Part shown: positions 62,701 to 64,000 of the stretch, piece by piece | Position numbering within the stretch: the stretch's first letter is position 1 | Layout: every line of letters starts with the position of its first letter | From: Magallana gigas | Lineage: Eukaryota | Assembly (NCBI RefSeq): GCF_963853765.1 | Contig: NC_088853.1 | Location: forward strand, 15,624,001-15,688,000 | Direction of reading: 5' to 3' | Length of the DNA: 64,000 nucleotides | Notes under the pieces: model-generated | What the model was told of the DNA's origin: nothing | The model's database searches: none | What the model saw: only the letters and a program-made list of their open reading frames with translations | Program-made: the position numbers and the translations under genes

Positions 62701-63452
62701 TTTAAACTCTATTACTTTTAGTTATTATGTACAATTAAACACGTCTACAATAGGCCCCGTCAGGAACTCTTTAATAGGGAGCCACCGAAAACACTGATCG
62801 TTATACTTCAAATACCCCCGTTCGTATTTGATTTTATGAATTAAACTCTATTACTATCAGTTATTATGTACATTTGACAAAGAAAACCGGCTTGAATTTG
62901 GCACTCCCTAAACGACACAGCCTCCTTAAACAAGTCTACAATAGGCCCCGTCAGGAACTCTTTAATAGGGAGCGACCGAAAACACTGAACGTTATACTTC
63001 AAATACCCCCGTTCGTATTTGATTTTATGAATTAAACTCTATTACTATCAGTTATTATGTACATTTGACAAAGAAAACCGGCTTGAATTTGGCACTCCCT
63101 AAGCGACACAGCCTCCTTAAACAAGTCTACAATAGGCCCCGTCAGGAACTCTTAACTAGGGAGCGACCGAAAACACTGATCGTTATACTTCAAATACCCC
63201 CGTTCGTATTTGATTTTATGAATTAAACTCTATTATTATCAGTTATTATGTACATTTGACAAGGAAAACCGGCTTGAATTTGGCACTCCCTAAGCGACAC
63301 AGCCTCCTTAAACAAGTCTACAATAGGCCCCGTCAGTAACTCTTTAATAGGGAGCGACCGAAAACACTGAACGTTATACTTCAATTGTACCATAGCTTGG
63401 CGAGTTTTCTATTGTTAAAAGTGTGGGTTATATGTACATACCCCACACTTTT
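62701..63452. repeat. 191-bp satellite array (~3.6 copies) with a terminal hairpin and T-run; possibly a non-autonomous Helentron-type carrier
   Basis: GTCTACAATAGGCCCC recurs at 62743, 62934, 63125 and 63316. Hairpin AAAAGTGTGGG...CCCACACTTTT at 63417-63452, followed by a T-run. Confidence 0.85.
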
Positions 63453-64000
63453 TTTTTTAACTCCGCCCACTATTTCGAGTAAAAACAACATCAACAAAGT
63501 TGTTTTTAGCGCATCCATAATACTCCACAGTAAGAGGTTCCTCCAGATCAAATTGCCAAAAACTCAACACGGATAAATGACTCGACTAACTTAGTTCGTC
63601 CAATAAATCTCAATTTTAGCTCGAGACAAAACAATATCGGCAATGGCTTTGTCAGAGAGACTCTATTTTAATATTCCTCTCCATGTGTGCGGACAAGTAG
63701 AGAAACGCGTGTTAAATAAACTAGAGGTATCCTGTTTAAAGGTTTTATAGAAAATCAATCACGTGATAGGAAAGTTGTTTGAATAGAAAACTTGTTTTGT
63801 GAACAGAGTGGATAGCGGTAGCCAATCGAATTTGACATTAACCACTCACGGTTTCGCGACATAAATTTCTCAATTTTTTTTTTTTTGCTTATTGATTGAT
63901 TTTGTTCAAAATATATATGTACATGATTTTTCAGCCACTTTTAAAAAACATACATTGATACAGAGTATCAAAAAAGAATTTGAAAAACTAATTACCTTCA

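Noticed and set aside
60667-63383. Tandem arrays as possible CRISPR-like repeat-spacer structures
   Set aside because: The units are contiguous with no unique spacers, and the context is eukaryotic; these are ordinary mini/satellites.
444-63576. Most 60-100 aa ORFs in AT-rich intergenic or intronic DNA
   Set aside because: Low-complexity F/I/L/K/Y composition, non-ATG starts, and no domains or splice support; expected by chance.

Overview
AT-rich, intron-containing animal DNA. The gene families and repeat types suggest a bivalve, probably an oyster (inference). Host genes: (1) the last six coding exons of a DEG/ENaC (ASIC-like) channel (1141-5530, +), with a 665-bp TIR element inserted 7 nt before the end of one exon; (2) a secreted galactose-binding/F5-8C-like + EGF-repeat (MEGF10-like) gene (15955-24147, +), whose intron carries an antisense pogo-superfamily DD35D transposon with an intact, intron-split, PHD-bearing transposase; (3) a minus-strand tandem cluster of small WAP+Kunitz protease-inhibitor genes: two intact copies (30956-34134 and 44104-48151), an orphan Kunitz exon with a broken acceptor, a spare signal-peptide exon and a dead WAP exon; (4) a single-coding-exon B-box+NHL TRIM-like gene (52510-53523, -); (5) a decayed NADAR-domain ORF split by two tandem arrays (60.5-62.4 kb). 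A full-length BEL/Pao LTR retrotransposon (36256-43414, -; apparently identical 578-bp LTRs, TATAT TSD, intact ORF) sits between the two inhibitor genes. Top observation: this element has no tRNA-type primer-binding site. Instead, splicing an intron predicted inside its LTR would create an 11-nt sequence exactly complementary to the 11 nt that follow the 5' LTR, suggesting splicing-dependent self-priming. The remainder is MITEs, TTAA-flanked (Kolobok-like) elements, retroelement remnants, microsatellites and satellite arrays. All gene models were read by eye from splice signals and motifs; no database searches were run.
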